Shown: positions 47,749 through 57,297, numbered from the stretch's first letter. The stretch: 64,000 nucleotides of DNA from Akkermansia sp. (GCA_024405455.1 JAKSOT010000002.1:166-64165), one strand, 5' to 3'. Program-made: numbers and translations. Notes: a model not told the origin generated them from the sequence alone.

Positions 47749-49560
47749 TTACCTGCGGCGTCTCCGCAGGCTGAGGGCGGCGAGGGCAAGCAGGTCCAGC
47801 GTGCCTGTGGCGGGCTCCGGCGTCTGCACCGTGGCGTGGAACACGAGCGCGCCCCCTTCCGCGAGCTTAAACTCGGTGTCGTAGCCCTTCATGCCCAGCC
47901 GCACGCTGTCGACGGGGAGAATGTTCACCTGATCCCCGAAATCCAGCTGCACGGCGGCATCCTGCAGATTGAACTCCAAATCCGTGGCGTCAAGGTACAC
48001 GTCGCCCAGCAGCAAATCGCAGTGGAACATGCCCCTGAGGTCGAAGTAGTAGACGTCTTCCAACAGCTGGTAGGTGGCATCGGAAAGGTCGATGGTCACG
48101 TCGTTCCACAGCGTGATGGTTCCGTTCTTTGCAGTGGTCGTGAACGAGTTGTCCGCACCGATGGTGAGATACCTGAATCCGATATTCTGCCCGGTGGTGA
48201 AATCGATGTCGTCGATGCGGCTCCTCTCGGCGGATTCGCCCATGAACCAGCTGTAGCCTTGGATTTGCACGTTGTGCAGGGTGGCTTGTTCCGCCTCGCC
48301 AAGCACGGCGAGAGCGGACTTTTTCTCCCATACGGGTTCCTCGTCGACAACCTCGCTCCCCAGGCTGATGGAGCCGCCTTTCAGCAGCTTCAAATCGCCG
48401 CCGTTCTGCATGTTCAGCGAGCCGGTTTCCAGCTTGCCCTCCACGGTGAGCGCGTGGGTGTCCACCAGCACGCTTTTCAGACGTCCGCCGTTGGAGAGCA
48501 GGGTGGAGTCTCCCCGCGCCTGCATGGTGTTGGTTGCCCGGTGGTCCGCCAGGTCCAGCGTGCCGGCGTTCATGATGATGTCGCCGCCGTTGTCGCCGCC
48601 GAAGGCGTAGTCCTCGGCGGCGCGGAGGGTGCCGCCGTTCACCACGGTGTCGCCATGGTAGGAGTTGTAGGTGTTGGTCCCGTCGAAGTATCCGATGGTG
48701 AGCGTTTCGTCGCCCTCCTTGGTGAACCCGCCGTTGCCCTCAATTTTGTTGGTGAGCGCGCCGTTGAGGATGGTGGCGGTGTTGTCGCCGGCCAGCTCAA
48801 CCCTGGAGGCGCAGGAGAAGCCGCCCAAATCCAGCGTGCCGCCCTCCAGTTTCAAATCGTTGTTGTTGGCTGCGAATACCTTGTCGTTTCCCGCCACAAG
48901 CGTTCCCTGCTGCAGCGTGATGTGGCTCACGCTGTTGCTTTCCGCCAGTGTGAGCGTGCCGTCCGACACCTTCACCAGCGTGCCTTGCCCGCTGATGGAG
49001 CCAACGGTGGCGGCATCGATCTTCGCCTCCGCCCGCTCATCCACGCTGATGCTTCCCAGCGTTCGCCCGTGCACCAGCAGGGTGGCGCTGTCTGTGAATT
49101 GGATATTCTGCCCGCTGAATCCGGCCACGTAATCCGCCACCTCCAGCGTGCCGCCGCCAAGGTTCACAGTGCCTTCCACATGGGTGTTCGGCGTTTGGAT
49201 GGTGAGCGTGCCGCCGCCGCCCTTGTTCAGGTTGCCGTGGATGTGCAGGTTGGCGAAGTCGTACCCCGCCGTGAACGTGTAGTCCCCGCTTCCGTACACG
49301 GTGATGTCGTATGCGTGGATATCCTTCACATCTCCCGCGGGTGACAGTACAATCTCCCCCGCACCGTCGCCGCGGAACTCCGCGTAGTCGTATTGCTGGA
49401 AAACCGTTGCTTCCAGGGTGCTCCCCCCGGTATTCCAGTTGGCGGTTTTGCCGACATCCCAGACGCCGTTCCCCTCGGCGTTGTCCCAGACGACGGTGCT
49501 TGCGGCGGCGTGGCCGCAGCAGGCGGCCAGCAGCAGGGCGAGTGTGCGTGCAATTCTCAT
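47749..49560 (-). CDS. PEP-CTERM protein (603 aa) with autotransporter-associated beta-strand repeats
   Basis: Signal peptide MRIARTLALLLAACCGHAAA; VVWD...W...NW module; NKGGGGTLTI, TKEGDETLTI, GDTVVNGGTL; C-terminus PEPATGTLDLLALAALSLRRRR. The ORF track start at 50013 is spurious. Confidence 0.88.
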   Translation of the reverse strand: MRIARTLALLLAACCGHAAASTVVWDNAEGNGVWDVGKTANWNTGGSTLEATVFQQYDYAEFRGDGAGEIVLSPAGDVKDIHAYDITVYGSGDYTFTAGYDFANLHIHGNLNKGGGGTLTIQTPNTHVEGTVNLGGGTLEVADYVAGFSGQNIQFTDSATLLVHGRTLGSISVDERAEAKIDAATVGSISGQGTLVKVSDGTLTLAESNSVSHITLQQGTLVAGNDKVFAANNNDLKLEGGTLDLGGFSCASRVELAGDNTATILNGALTNKIEGNGGFTKEGDETLTIGYFDGTNTYNSYHGDTVVNGGTLRAAEDYAFGGDNGGDIIMNAGTLDLADHRATNTMQARGDSTLLSNGGRLKSVLVDTHALTVEGKLETGSLNMQNGGDLKLLKGGSISLGSEVVDEEPVWEKKSALAVLGEAEQATLHNVQIQGYSWFMGESAERSRIDDIDFTTGQNIGFRYLTIGADNSFTTTAKNGTITLWNDVTIDLSDATYQLLEDVYYFDLRGMFHCDLLLGDVYLDATDLEFNLQDAAVQLDFGDQVNILPVDSVRLGMKGYDTEFKLAEGGALVFHATVQTPEPATGTLDLLALAALSLRRRRR

Positions 49561-49606
49561 GCCCCCATTGTGGCATGAAACGCGGCGCGCGTCAAGGCGT
49601 TGGAAA

Positions 49607-50740
49607 TCAATATACGTCCTTGCGGTACTGTTTGGCGTCGCGCATGGCGGCCAGGTATCCCACGGCCTCCTCCGGGGAGTGGTTGCCCTGTGAGGAGATG
49701 ATGCCGAGCAGGGCGGCCTCCACGTCCTTGGCCATGCGCATGGCGTCACCGCACACGTAGAACACGGCGCCTGCGCGCAGCCACTTCCAGATGTCCGCGG
49801 CGTTCTGCTCCATGAGGTGCTGCACGTAGACCTTGTGGTCCTGGTCGCGGCTCCAGGCGGCGGAGTAGCGCATCTTGCCGGCGGCCACCAGCTCGTTGAT
49901 TTCGTCTTCGTAGCAGGCGTCCGTGGCCTGGTGGGGATTGCCGAAGAAGAACCACATGCCGCCCTCCGCCTTGTCGATTGTGCGCTGCTGCCAGAACGCG
50001 CGGAACGGCGCAATCCCCGCGCCCGGCCCCACCATGATGACCGGCGTGGTCGGGTCGTCCGGCAGGCGGAATCCCGGCTTGGGTTGCACGAACACGCGCA
50101 CCTTGTCGCCGGGCTTCACGCGGTCCGCCAGGTAGGTGGAGCACACGCCGCCGCGCGGGCGTTCGCTGTGCTTGGGGGTGTAGCGCACGGCGCCGACGCA
50201 GAGGGAGACCTGCCCCGGCACGGCGTCCGGGCTGCTGGCGATGGAGTAGAGGCGCGGGGCGAGCTTGCCGAGGCAGCCCACGAGCTGGGAGGCGTCCGCA
50301 AAGCGGGCGGTGGTCTCCGGGTCCTCCGCCAGGTCCAGCACATCGCGGCCGTGGGCGAAGTTGCGCAGCAGCTCGGAGTCCTCGATGAGCGCGTCCAGCT
50401 TGGCGCTCTTGGCCACGGCGTTCCACTTGCTCAGCACGCCCTTCTTGATGGTGGTGATGTCGTACGCGGTGACGAGTGCCTCCCGCAGGGGGGCCACGGC
50501 GCCGCCGGGCAGCGCCACGCTCTCGTCCGCGTTCATGCCCAGGCGGGCGATGAGCGCATCCACCAGCCCGGGGTCGTTCATCGGCTGCACGCCCAGCACG
50601 TCGCCTGCCGAGTATTCCAGCCCGGAGCCCTCCAGGGAGAAATCGATCTGGTTGGTTTCCTTGATGCTGCCGGGCTTGGTGACGGGATGGACGGCCACCA
50701 CGGTGGCGGGGAAGGGGTTCTTGAGGCTGTACTGTTCCAT
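49607..50740 (-). CDS. Sulfite reductase flavoprotein alpha-like FAD/NADPH oxidoreductase lacking the flavodoxin domain
   Basis: PRLYSIASS, GGVCSTYL, IMVGPGAGIAPFRAF, AWSRDQ..KVYVQH, YVCGDA..MAKDV, YRKDVY. Confidence 0.88.
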   Translation of the reverse strand: MEQYSLKNPFPATVVAVHPVTKPGSIKETNQIDFSLEGSGLEYSAGDVLGVQPMNDPGLVDALIARLGMNADESVALPGGAVAPLREALVTAYDITTIKKGVLSKWNAVAKSAKLDALIEDSELLRNFAHGRDVLDLAEDPETTARFADASQLVGCLGKLAPRLYSIASSPDAVPGQVSLCVGAVRYTPKHSERPRGGVCSTYLADRVKPGDKVRVFVQPKPGFRLPDDPTTPVIMVGPGAGIAPFRAFWQQRTIDKAEGGMWFFFGNPHQATDACYEDEINELVAAGKMRYSAAWSRDQDHKVYVQHLMEQNAADIWKWLRAGAVFYVCGDAMRMAKDVEAALLGIISSQGNHSPEEAVGYLAAMRDAKQYRKDVY

Positions 50741-50809
50741 GGCTGTAAAGAATTAAGGCGGCGCATTATATTCGCCGCCCGCCCGCCGTGTCAAGCCAAT
50801 AACCGGGCA

Positions 50810-52045
50810 TTACCCGCGGAATTTTGCCTTTTGGTGCTGCCACAGGGCAAAGCCCGCGCACAGCACGTTGGGCAGCCACAGCAGGATGTACGGCGCTATC
50901 CCCCCGCTCTTGCGCGACAAATCGCAGAACACCAGCGCCATGAAATACACCGCCGCCACCAGGATGCCCAGCGCGAAGCCCGTGGACGTGTCCCTGCGCC
51001 GCGCGGTGATGGCCAGCGGCACGCCGATGAGCGAGAAGACGATGCACGCGCAGGCGAACGACGCTCGCTTCACGCCCTCCGTCTTGAACGAGAGGTAGGT
51101 CTTGCGGTCCATGCTGGAGGCATAGTATTCCGCGTCGCGGCGGGCCTCCGCCCACAGCTTGCCGGCGCAGGGGAAGGCGGGCGCGGCCGCTGCGGCCTTC
51201 TCATAGCGCTGGATGGCGGGGATGTCCAGCGCGTCCACCAGTTCCTTGTGCTCCAGCTCCACGGCAATCTCCGCGTTGGTGAAGCGGTTGGGCTTGAGCT
51301 TGCGGTGGGTGCGGATGGGGATGTGGATTTGCAGGGGCATGCTGCCGATGACGGGCAGGTTGGTTTCCGCGCCCTTGGTGAACTCGATGGTGGCGTTGTG
51401 CAGTGTGAGGTTCAGCAGGCGCGTGGAGGTGTCGAACTCCCCGATGGTGGCGCTCTGCGCGTGGATGGCGTCGAAATCCCCGTCTCCCGCCGCGATTTCA
51501 TCGTCCTCCCCCAGCGGGTAGAGGTGCAGCCCCTGCAGGTCGTCCCCCTCCCGCCGCTCGATGTAGAGCTGTACCTTGTCCAGCTTGGTGGCGCTCTGGC
51601 TGGAGCTCAGCAGGTTGCGCGGGTTGTCCATGGCGGCGTGCATCACCAGCTCGCTCATGGCCTGCTTGCCCCTGGGCGCCACGTCGATGTTGATGTAGTA
51701 GCAGAGCGCGGAGAGCGCAACGCCCATGCCGATGGCCGGCGCGCTCAGCCGCCACAGGCTCAGCCCCGCCATGCGCATGGAGGTCAGCTCGTTGTCCGCC
51801 GCCAACCTCCCGTACACCAGCAGAACCGCTGTCAGGAACCCCCACGGCACCGTGAACGTCAGCGAGAACGGCACCACCTGGCTGATGAAGTCCAGCACAA
51901 TGCGCGGCGGCGCCCCGCTTTCCACCAGCAGGGAATGCAGCTCCTTGAAGAGCTGCCCCAGCAGCATCAGCAGCGTCAGCGACAGCACTCCCAAAAAGGT
52001 GATGCCGATGAGCTGGCGGAGGATGTAGCGGTCGAGCGTCTTCAT
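50810..52045 (-). CDS. LptF/LptG family LPS export permease
   Basis: MKTLDRYILRQL, PWGFLTAVLLVYGRLAADNELTSMRMAGLS, LIGVPLA, WLPNV. Confidence 0.9.
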   Translation of the reverse strand: MKTLDRYILRQLIGITFLGVLSLTLLMLLGQLFKELHSLLVESGAPPRIVLDFISQVVPFSLTFTVPWGFLTAVLLVYGRLAADNELTSMRMAGLSLWRLSAPAIGMGVALSALCYYINIDVAPRGKQAMSELVMHAAMDNPRNLLSSSQSATKLDKVQLYIERREGDDLQGLHLYPLGEDDEIAAGDGDFDAIHAQSATIGEFDTSTRLLNLTLHNATIEFTKGAETNLPVIGSMPLQIHIPIRTHRKLKPNRFTNAEIAVELEHKELVDALDIPAIQRYEKAAAAAPAFPCAGKLWAEARRDAEYYASSMDRKTYLSFKTEGVKRASFACACIVFSLIGVPLAITARRRDTSTGFALGILVAAVYFMALVFCDLSRKSGGIAPYILLWLPNVLCAGFALWQHQKAKFRG

Positions 52046-52145
52046 GCAAAGAACAACGGGAAACCCCTGGCCGGATTCTACCAGAGCTGCGCCGCGCATG
52101 CAATTCTTATCTTGCCAAGCGCGGGGCGGCGCGTATAATGGGGGC

Positions 52146-52937
52146 ATGACCGTAGTGGAAATCCTCAGGGCCTGTTTCGAGATAGCGGTGCTCTGGGTGC
52201 TGATATACCAGCTGTACCGCCTGCTGAGGGGCGCGCGCGCCGGGGCCATCCTGGCGGGCCTGCTGGCGCTGGTGGTGGTGTGCTTTGCCGTGCTGGAGGT
52301 GACGGAGGCGCGCGTGCTGCAGAAAATCGCCGCGCTCATCCTCAGCCCCGGCCTCCTGCTGGTGGTCATCTTCCAGCCGGAAATCCGCAGCGCGCTTGCC
52401 AAGTTCGGATCCAAGCGCCTCATCCGCCCCATCTTCAAGCAGCGCGAGGAAAAGAAGGATTTCGTCGACAAGGTGGTCGACTCCGTCCAGTACCTCGCCA
52501 GCAAGCGCTTCGGCGCCCTCATCTGCATCTGCCGCAACGACAAGCTCCACGAGGTCTCCCAAAACGCCACCAAGGTGGATGCCCTCTACTCCCGCGAGCT
52601 CATCGGCACCATCTTCTTCCCCAAGACCCTGCTGCACGACGGCGCGGTAATAGTGGACGACGAGCGCATTGTGTGTGCGGCGGCCATCCTGCCGGTGTCC
52701 AACCGCGAGCTGAAGGACCGCTCCATGGGGCTGCGCCACCGCGCCGGCATCGGCATTGCCGAGTCGTCGGACGCCGTTGTCATCATCGTTTCGGAGGAAA
52801 CGGGCTGCGTGTCGCTCGCCATCGGCAATGCCATCCTGCGCGACCTCTCGGAAGACTTGCTCAAGGACCGCCTGAACAAACTGCTTAACACGAACGCCCA
52901 TGCAAACGACCAAGACATTGAGGAAAATGTTCGTTGA
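52146..52937 (+). CDS. cdaA: Diadenylate cyclase CdaA (3 TM helices plus DAC domain)
   Basis: FQPEIRSAL, RFGALI, IFFPKTLLHDGAV, GLRHRAGIG, VIIVSEETG; promoter TTGCCA-N16-TATAAT 6 nt upstream. Confidence 0.93.
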   Translation: MTVVEILRACFEIAVLWVLIYQLYRLLRGARAGAILAGLLALVVVCFAVLEVTEARVLQKIAALILSPGLLLVVIFQPEIRSALAKFGSKRLIRPIFKQREEKKDFVDKVVDSVQYLASKRFGALICICRNDKLHEVSQNATKVDALYSRELIGTIFFPKTLLHDGAVIVDDERIVCAAAILPVSNRELKDRSMGLRHRAGIGIAESSDAVVIIVSEETGCVSLAIGNAILRDLSEDLLKDRLNKLLNTNAHANDQDIEENVR

Positions 52938-53067
52938 CAACTGGAAGCCCAAGCTGGTCTGCCTGGTGGTGGCCGTGCTGGTGTGGCTTTTGGTCAACCG
53001 CATTGTGGAGCAGGAAGAAACACCCGTCTGGGAAATCGACGAGGTGCTCACCAGCCAGCCCGAGTGA
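52900..53067 (+). CDS. Miniature CdaR/YbbR-like membrane peptide (55 aa)
   Basis: Not in the ORF track. Reads MQTTKTLRKMFVDNWKPKLVCLVVAVLVWLLVNRIVEQEETPVWEIDEVLTSQPE*; the NW..KL..L..AV..W pattern matches the YbbR TM anchor, and the gene sits in the canonical position after cdaA. Confidence 0.65.
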   Translation: MQTTKTLRKMFVDNWKPKLVCLVVAVLVWLLVNRIVEQEETPVWEIDEVLTSQPE

Positions 53068-53074
53068 CGTTCCC

Positions 53075-53707
53075 ATGGAGGGCTATTTCATAGCAGGCAC
53101 GGATTCCGGCTGCGGCAAGACGCATGTGTGCGCCGCCCTGCTGCGCGATTTCCGCGCCCGCGGCGTGAAGGCCGTGGGCTGCATGCCCGTAAGCTGCGGC
53201 GACCGCCGGGACGCGCGCCTGCTGCGCGATGCCATGGGAGAGCCCGCGCAGCCGCTGGACCTGGTGAACCCGGTTCACCTGCGCACGGTGGCGGCCCCGC
53301 TCATGGCGGCGGAATTGGAGGGCAGGGCGCTCTCGTTGGACGAGCTTGAACAATTCTGCCGGGCCATGGCGGGTCAGGGAAGCCCGCTGCTGGTGGACTC
53401 GTGCGGCAGCTGGGCCACGCCGCTCGCCCCCGGCCTCATTGTGGGTGATTTGGCGGTGCGCCTGCAGCTGCCCGTCATCCTGGTGGCCGCCAACCGCCTC
53501 GGCGCGGTGGGGCAGGTGGCCTTGGCCGTCAACGCCATGCGCCTGGTCCGCGTCACCTGCCGCGGCATCATCCTCAACAGCGCGTCCGATGAATGGGACA
53601 CAGCCTGCGTCACCAACGCCGGCCTTATCGAACGCTGCACCGGCGTACCCGTGCTGGCCCAGCTCATTGCCGGGCAGGACGACTTGGATTCCGGCGTGCT
53701 GGAATAG
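53075..53707 (+). CDS. bioD: Dethiobiotin synthase-like protein
   Basis: YFIAGTDSGCGKT P-loop, VNPVHL..AAP..AAE, LPVILV...RLG; several catalytic positions deviate. Confidence 0.72.
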   Translation: MEGYFIAGTDSGCGKTHVCAALLRDFRARGVKAVGCMPVSCGDRRDARLLRDAMGEPAQPLDLVNPVHLRTVAAPLMAAELEGRALSLDELEQFCRAMAGQGSPLLVDSCGSWATPLAPGLIVGDLAVRLQLPVILVAANRLGAVGQVALAVNAMRLVRVTCRGIILNSASDEWDTACVTNAGLIERCTGVPVLAQLIAGQDDLDSGVLE

Positions 53708-53721
53708 ATGCACGCGCCCCG

Positions 53722-54654
53722 CTATTCCCCTTGGTTCCAGTCTGCCCGCGGATGTGCCTTCAGGTACGCTTCCTTGAGACGGGCCTTGGTGACGTGGGTG
53801 TAGATTTGCGTGGTGGAGAGGGATGCGTGCCCCAGCAGCTCCTGCACGGAGCGCAGGTCCGCCCCGGCGTCCAGCATGTGCGTGGCAAACGTGTGGCGCA
53901 GCTTGTGCGGCGAGATGTGGAACGGTATGCTGGAGATGCGCAGGTACTTGTCCAGCATCAGCTGGATGCTGCGCCCGGTCATGCGGCGGCGCAGACGGCT
54001 GATGAACAGCGGGCCGCGCGGCTCCAGCCCCGCCAGCTCGCGGTACCGGTCGATGGCCTCCCGGGCGTAGTCGCCCACGGGTATGAGCCGTACCTTGCGC
54101 CCCTTGCCCAGCACGCGCACGCAGTCCGCATCCGCCTGCAGGGCGTCCGCGTTCAGGCTCACCAGCTCGCTCAGGCGCATTCCGCAGGAGTAGAACAGCT
54201 CCAGGATGGCCGCATCCCGCAGGGGAAGCCACGCCGGGCTCTTTTTGTCCACGGGGGTGCGGAGGGGCAGGGCCAGCAGCTCTTCCATCTGGGAGATGTT
54301 CAGGTGCACGGGCAGGCTGTGGCGCGCCTTGGGCAGGGCCAGGGTTTCCAGCGGGTTGGCGGCAAGCCCCTCCCTGCGCATGAGGTAGAGGTAGAACGAG
54401 CGCAGGGCGGCGAACCTCAGGCGGATGGTGGCGGGCTTGAGCTCCTGCTCCAGCGCGTCGTACAGCCACGCGCGGAAATCCCCGGTGGCGCAGGCATCCC
54501 AGGCGGTGAAACGTTCCCCCATCCACCCGCGGAACTGCCCCAGCGACCGCCGGTACGCCTCCACCGTCCGCGGCGATGCGTTCTTCTCCGCCTCCATGAA
54601 CGCCAGGAAGCGCACCACCGTCACATCGTCCGGCCCTGTCGGGGTATCACCCAT
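53722..54654 (-). CDS. xerC: Tyrosine recombinase XerC/XerD family
   Basis: SPRTVEAY, GMRLSEL, GKGRKVR, HKLRHTFATH, LLGHASLSTTQIY. Confidence 0.88.
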   Translation of the reverse strand: MGDTPTGPDDVTVVRFLAFMEAEKNASPRTVEAYRRSLGQFRGWMGERFTAWDACATGDFRAWLYDALEQELKPATIRLRFAALRSFYLYLMRREGLAANPLETLALPKARHSLPVHLNISQMEELLALPLRTPVDKKSPAWLPLRDAAILELFYSCGMRLSELVSLNADALQADADCVRVLGKGRKVRLIPVGDYAREAIDRYRELAGLEPRGPLFISRLRRRMTGRSIQLMLDKYLRISSIPFHISPHKLRHTFATHMLDAGADLRSVQELLGHASLSTTQIYTHVTKARLKEAYLKAHPRADWNQGE

Positions 54655-54701
54655 TCCGTCTCCATTATACCACGGTGTGCCGCACGTGCAACCGCGTGAT
54701 T

Positions 54702-55823
54702 CTAAATGTTGGCATCCCCGCCGTAGTATTCCCTCATGAACAGCGCGTTCCTCTCCGCATACAGCGCTTCCGCCAGCTCGTCAGCCAAACGGATGAACAC
54801 TCGCTCGGCGGAGCAGAGGAAGGGGGAGACGCGGTCGATACGCCCGCTGGCGGCGTAGTTGGAGCAGCCGCAGCCGTTCATGCAGCGTGAGCGCAGGGCG
54901 CAGAGTTTGCATTCCGGGGTGGAGTTGCCGCGCGTGGCGATGAGGTAGTTCTGGCGGGCGCGGTTGATGCCCTCGCGCACGTTGCCGAAGTTGAAGGAAT
55001 CGGAGTTGCCCTCGCCCACCAGGCGGGAGCAGGGGAAGAAGTTGCCCTCCGCGCTCACGGCGATTTCCCGCTCGCCGATGCGGCATTGCGCGCAGGTGTC
55101 GCCGTTCAGGTGCGTGCGGATCTTGTCCTCGAAGTTCTCCAGCTTCACGGGGCGCTCCCCGCCGCGGTAGGACTCCAGCACCATCTCCTGCACCTGCTCC
55201 AGCTGGGCGCAAAGCACATCGAACTGCTCATCCGTCCACTCGTGCCAGTAGTCCAGGTTCAGGCCGATGCCGTGGTCGTAGTGTTCATGCAGCCACGCCA
55301 CGCCCTCCGCCAGCAGGTGGCAGTTGGCGGCGTTCACCACGCACACCGCCTTGGTGCGCAGGTTCGGGTACTTGCGGATTTCCTGCAGGGCGGGCTGCAG
55401 GGCGGCGTGGCTGCCCGTGCCGTCCGCAAAGCGGCGGTTGATGTCGTGCATGGCGGGCGACCCGTCGACCGATACGCCCACCAGGAAATCCCGCTCCGCC
55501 ATCCAGGCCAGCTTCTCCGGGGAGAGCAGAGTGCAGTTGGTGGTGATGCCATAGCGCGGCGGCATGCACATCTCGCCGCGCCGCTCCTCCATGTACGCGT
55601 GGCAGCGCTGCAGCAGCTCCCACTCCAGCAGCGGCTCCCCGCCGAAAAACGACACATCGAGCGGCAGTTCCAGGCGCTTGGCCTCCGCCACGCACAAATC
55701 CATCGCGGCCCGCGCCGTCTCCCAGCTCATGGAAGCCGCATGCTTGCGCCCCGCGTAGCAGTACAGGCAGCGCAGGTTGCAGTTGTGCGTGAGACACAGG
55801 GTCAGCTCTAGAGGCTGTATCAT
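54702..55823 (-). CDS. Radical SAM/SPASM-domain protein (anSME / peptide-maturase superfamily)
   Basis: CNLRCLYC, FFGGEPLL, SVDG...HD..R; SPASM cysteines CAQC...FPCS...CKLC...C.NGCGC. Confidence 0.88.
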   Translation of the reverse strand: MIQPLELTLCLTHNCNLRCLYCYAGRKHAASMSWETARAAMDLCVAEAKRLELPLDVSFFGGEPLLEWELLQRCHAYMEERRGEMCMPPRYGITTNCTLLSPEKLAWMAERDFLVGVSVDGSPAMHDINRRFADGTGSHAALQPALQEIRKYPNLRTKAVCVVNAANCHLLAEGVAWLHEHYDHGIGLNLDYWHEWTDEQFDVLCAQLEQVQEMVLESYRGGERPVKLENFEDKIRTHLNGDTCAQCRIGEREIAVSAEGNFFPCSRLVGEGNSDSFNFGNVREGINRARQNYLIATRGNSTPECKLCALRSRCMNGCGCSNYAASGRIDRVSPFLCSAERVFIRLADELAEALYAERNALFMREYYGGDANI

Positions 55824-55826
55824 CAC

Positions 55827-55864
55827 ATTCCCAATCCCAAATCTTAAATCCCCAATCCTAAATT
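55827..55864. repeat. Heptamer tandem repeat (ATCCCAA-like, about 5 copies)
   Basis: attccca atcccaa atcttaa atcccca atcctaa att. Confidence 0.8.
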
Positions 55865-55911
55865 GAACCGCCCGGTGTCTCGCGCGGATGCGCCTTGCAA
55901 CAATCAAGGCC

Positions 55912-56619
55912 CTACCGCGTTTCAATGATCACCTCCGCCCGCACGGGGTCCGCCCCCACCAGGTAGCGGCGCTGGTTTTCCTGCACAGCCCCGGCTATCT
56001 GCACCGCCTCTCCCGCCTGGGTCTCCTTCTTGAATTTGAGCTGGATGGCAAAGGGCTCTGCGGGCAGGGGTGCGGGGTCGTGCTCCAGCACCCAGATGAG
56101 GTAGGCGGAGTTGTTGATGTGGCCGTTGAAGTCGGTGTCTCGCCGCGGCGCGGGGAACGGCTCGCCGAACGCGGCATCTGCGGGCCACGCGAGCTTCTGC
56201 AGCGGCTGCGTGATGGCGGGGCAGGGCGCCATGATGTCCAGACCCACCTTCTTGAGCGGCACGGGGCCGCGCGTGGTGATGTCGATGAGGCACCACTGCA
56301 GGTCTGCGCGCGCCAGCACGGTGCCGTCGGGCGCGGTCATCTCGATGAAGCGGCGAGCCTTGAGCGGGCCTGCGGCGCCGGTGTTGGTGCGCAGCAGCAC
56401 GCGCTCCTTCCAGCGCGGGCGCTTCAGGAACTCGTAGTTGGCCTGCACCTCCACCCAGATGACGTGGCGGGAGAAGCCCCAGTCGAACCCGAAGCCGTTG
56501 CCCTCCGCATGCCGCTCCGCCATTTCCTGGCAGAACATCATGAAGCATTCCGGCTTGAGCACGTGGTCCGCCCCGCACTCGTAGCTCGTCACAATGTGTT
56601 CCTGTATCAAGTCCTCCAC
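55912..56619 (-). CDS. Acyl-ACP thioesterase (FatA/B-like, double hotdog fold)
   Basis: RPRWKERV, DTDFNGHINNSAY; GTG start 6 nt after the GAGAAT -10 box. Confidence 0.88.
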   Translation of the reverse strand: MEDLIQEHIVTSYECGADHVLKPECFMMFCQEMAERHAEGNGFGFDWGFSRHVIWVEVQANYEFLKRPRWKERVLLRTNTGAAGPLKARRFIEMTAPDGTVLARADLQWCLIDITTRGPVPLKKVGLDIMAPCPAITQPLQKLAWPADAAFGEPFPAPRRDTDFNGHINNSAYLIWVLEHDPAPLPAEPFAIQLKFKKETQAGEAVQIAGAVQENQRRYLVGADPVRAEVIIETR

Positions 56620-56661
56620 GCTCCCATTCTCCCATCTCACGCCCCGCTTGTCAAGAATCCG

Positions 56662-57297
56662 CTAGCGTTCCCAACCGGGCGGCGACGGGCATTGGCCCAC
56701 GCGGACGCTGGCCATGCCGGCCGTGGCGGCGGCGTGCAGGCCGGGTTCTCCGTCCTCGAAGACCACGCAGTCGTGCGGGTCCACGCCCATGAGTTCCGCG
56801 CAGCGCAGGAAGATGTCCGGTGCGGGCTTGCCGCGGCCGGGCGGCACGTCGTCCGGTGTGACGATGATGGGAAACCAGTCCTGCATGCCTGCGGAGCCGA
56901 GGGTTTCCAGGGGTCCGGGCATGATGCTGCCTGTGCCGATGGCGTACGGGATGCCGCGCCCGCGCAGCGTGAGCACCAGCTCCCGCATTTCCGGGATGGC
57001 GGGCAGCTGCTCGGTTTGCAGCAGGCGGGTGTAGCACTCGCGCTTGTACTGGGCCACCGCCTCCGCATCCATGTGGAGGTTGTAGGTGCGGTAGAGGTCG
57101 CGCACGATATCGGGTGCGGCCATGCCGCCGTGGGCGGTGAACTCCGGCCACAGGAAGGCGTGCGGGGGCGCGCCGTGCTCGGCCAAAGCCTTGCGCCAGG
57201 CGCGGTAGTGGGTGGGCATGCTGTCCACCAGCGTGCCGTCCAAATCAAAGATGTACCCGCCGTAGAGGCGGTCCGGCAATTCCACGCGCGCAGCCAT
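56662..57297 (-). CDS. HAD-superfamily phosphatase (beta-phosphoglucomutase-like)
   Basis: FDLDGTLVDS, GKPAPDIFL, VFEDGEPG; TGATG overlap with trkA. Confidence 0.88.
   Translation of the reverse strand: MAARVELPDRLYGGYIFDLDGTLVDSMPTHYRAWRKALAEHGAPPHAFLWPEFTAHGGMAAPDIVRDLYRTYNLHMDAEAVAQYKRECYTRLLQTEQLPAIPEMRELVLTLRGRGIPYAIGTGSIMPGPLETLGSAGMQDWFPIIVTPDDVPPGRGKPAPDIFLRCAELMGVDPHDCVVFEDGEPGLHAAATAGMASVRVGQCPSPPGWER

Noticed and set aside
47147-47774. Short ORFs in the 47-kb intergenic region
   Set aside because: Atypical composition, overlap the palindromes, no homology cues or translation signals.
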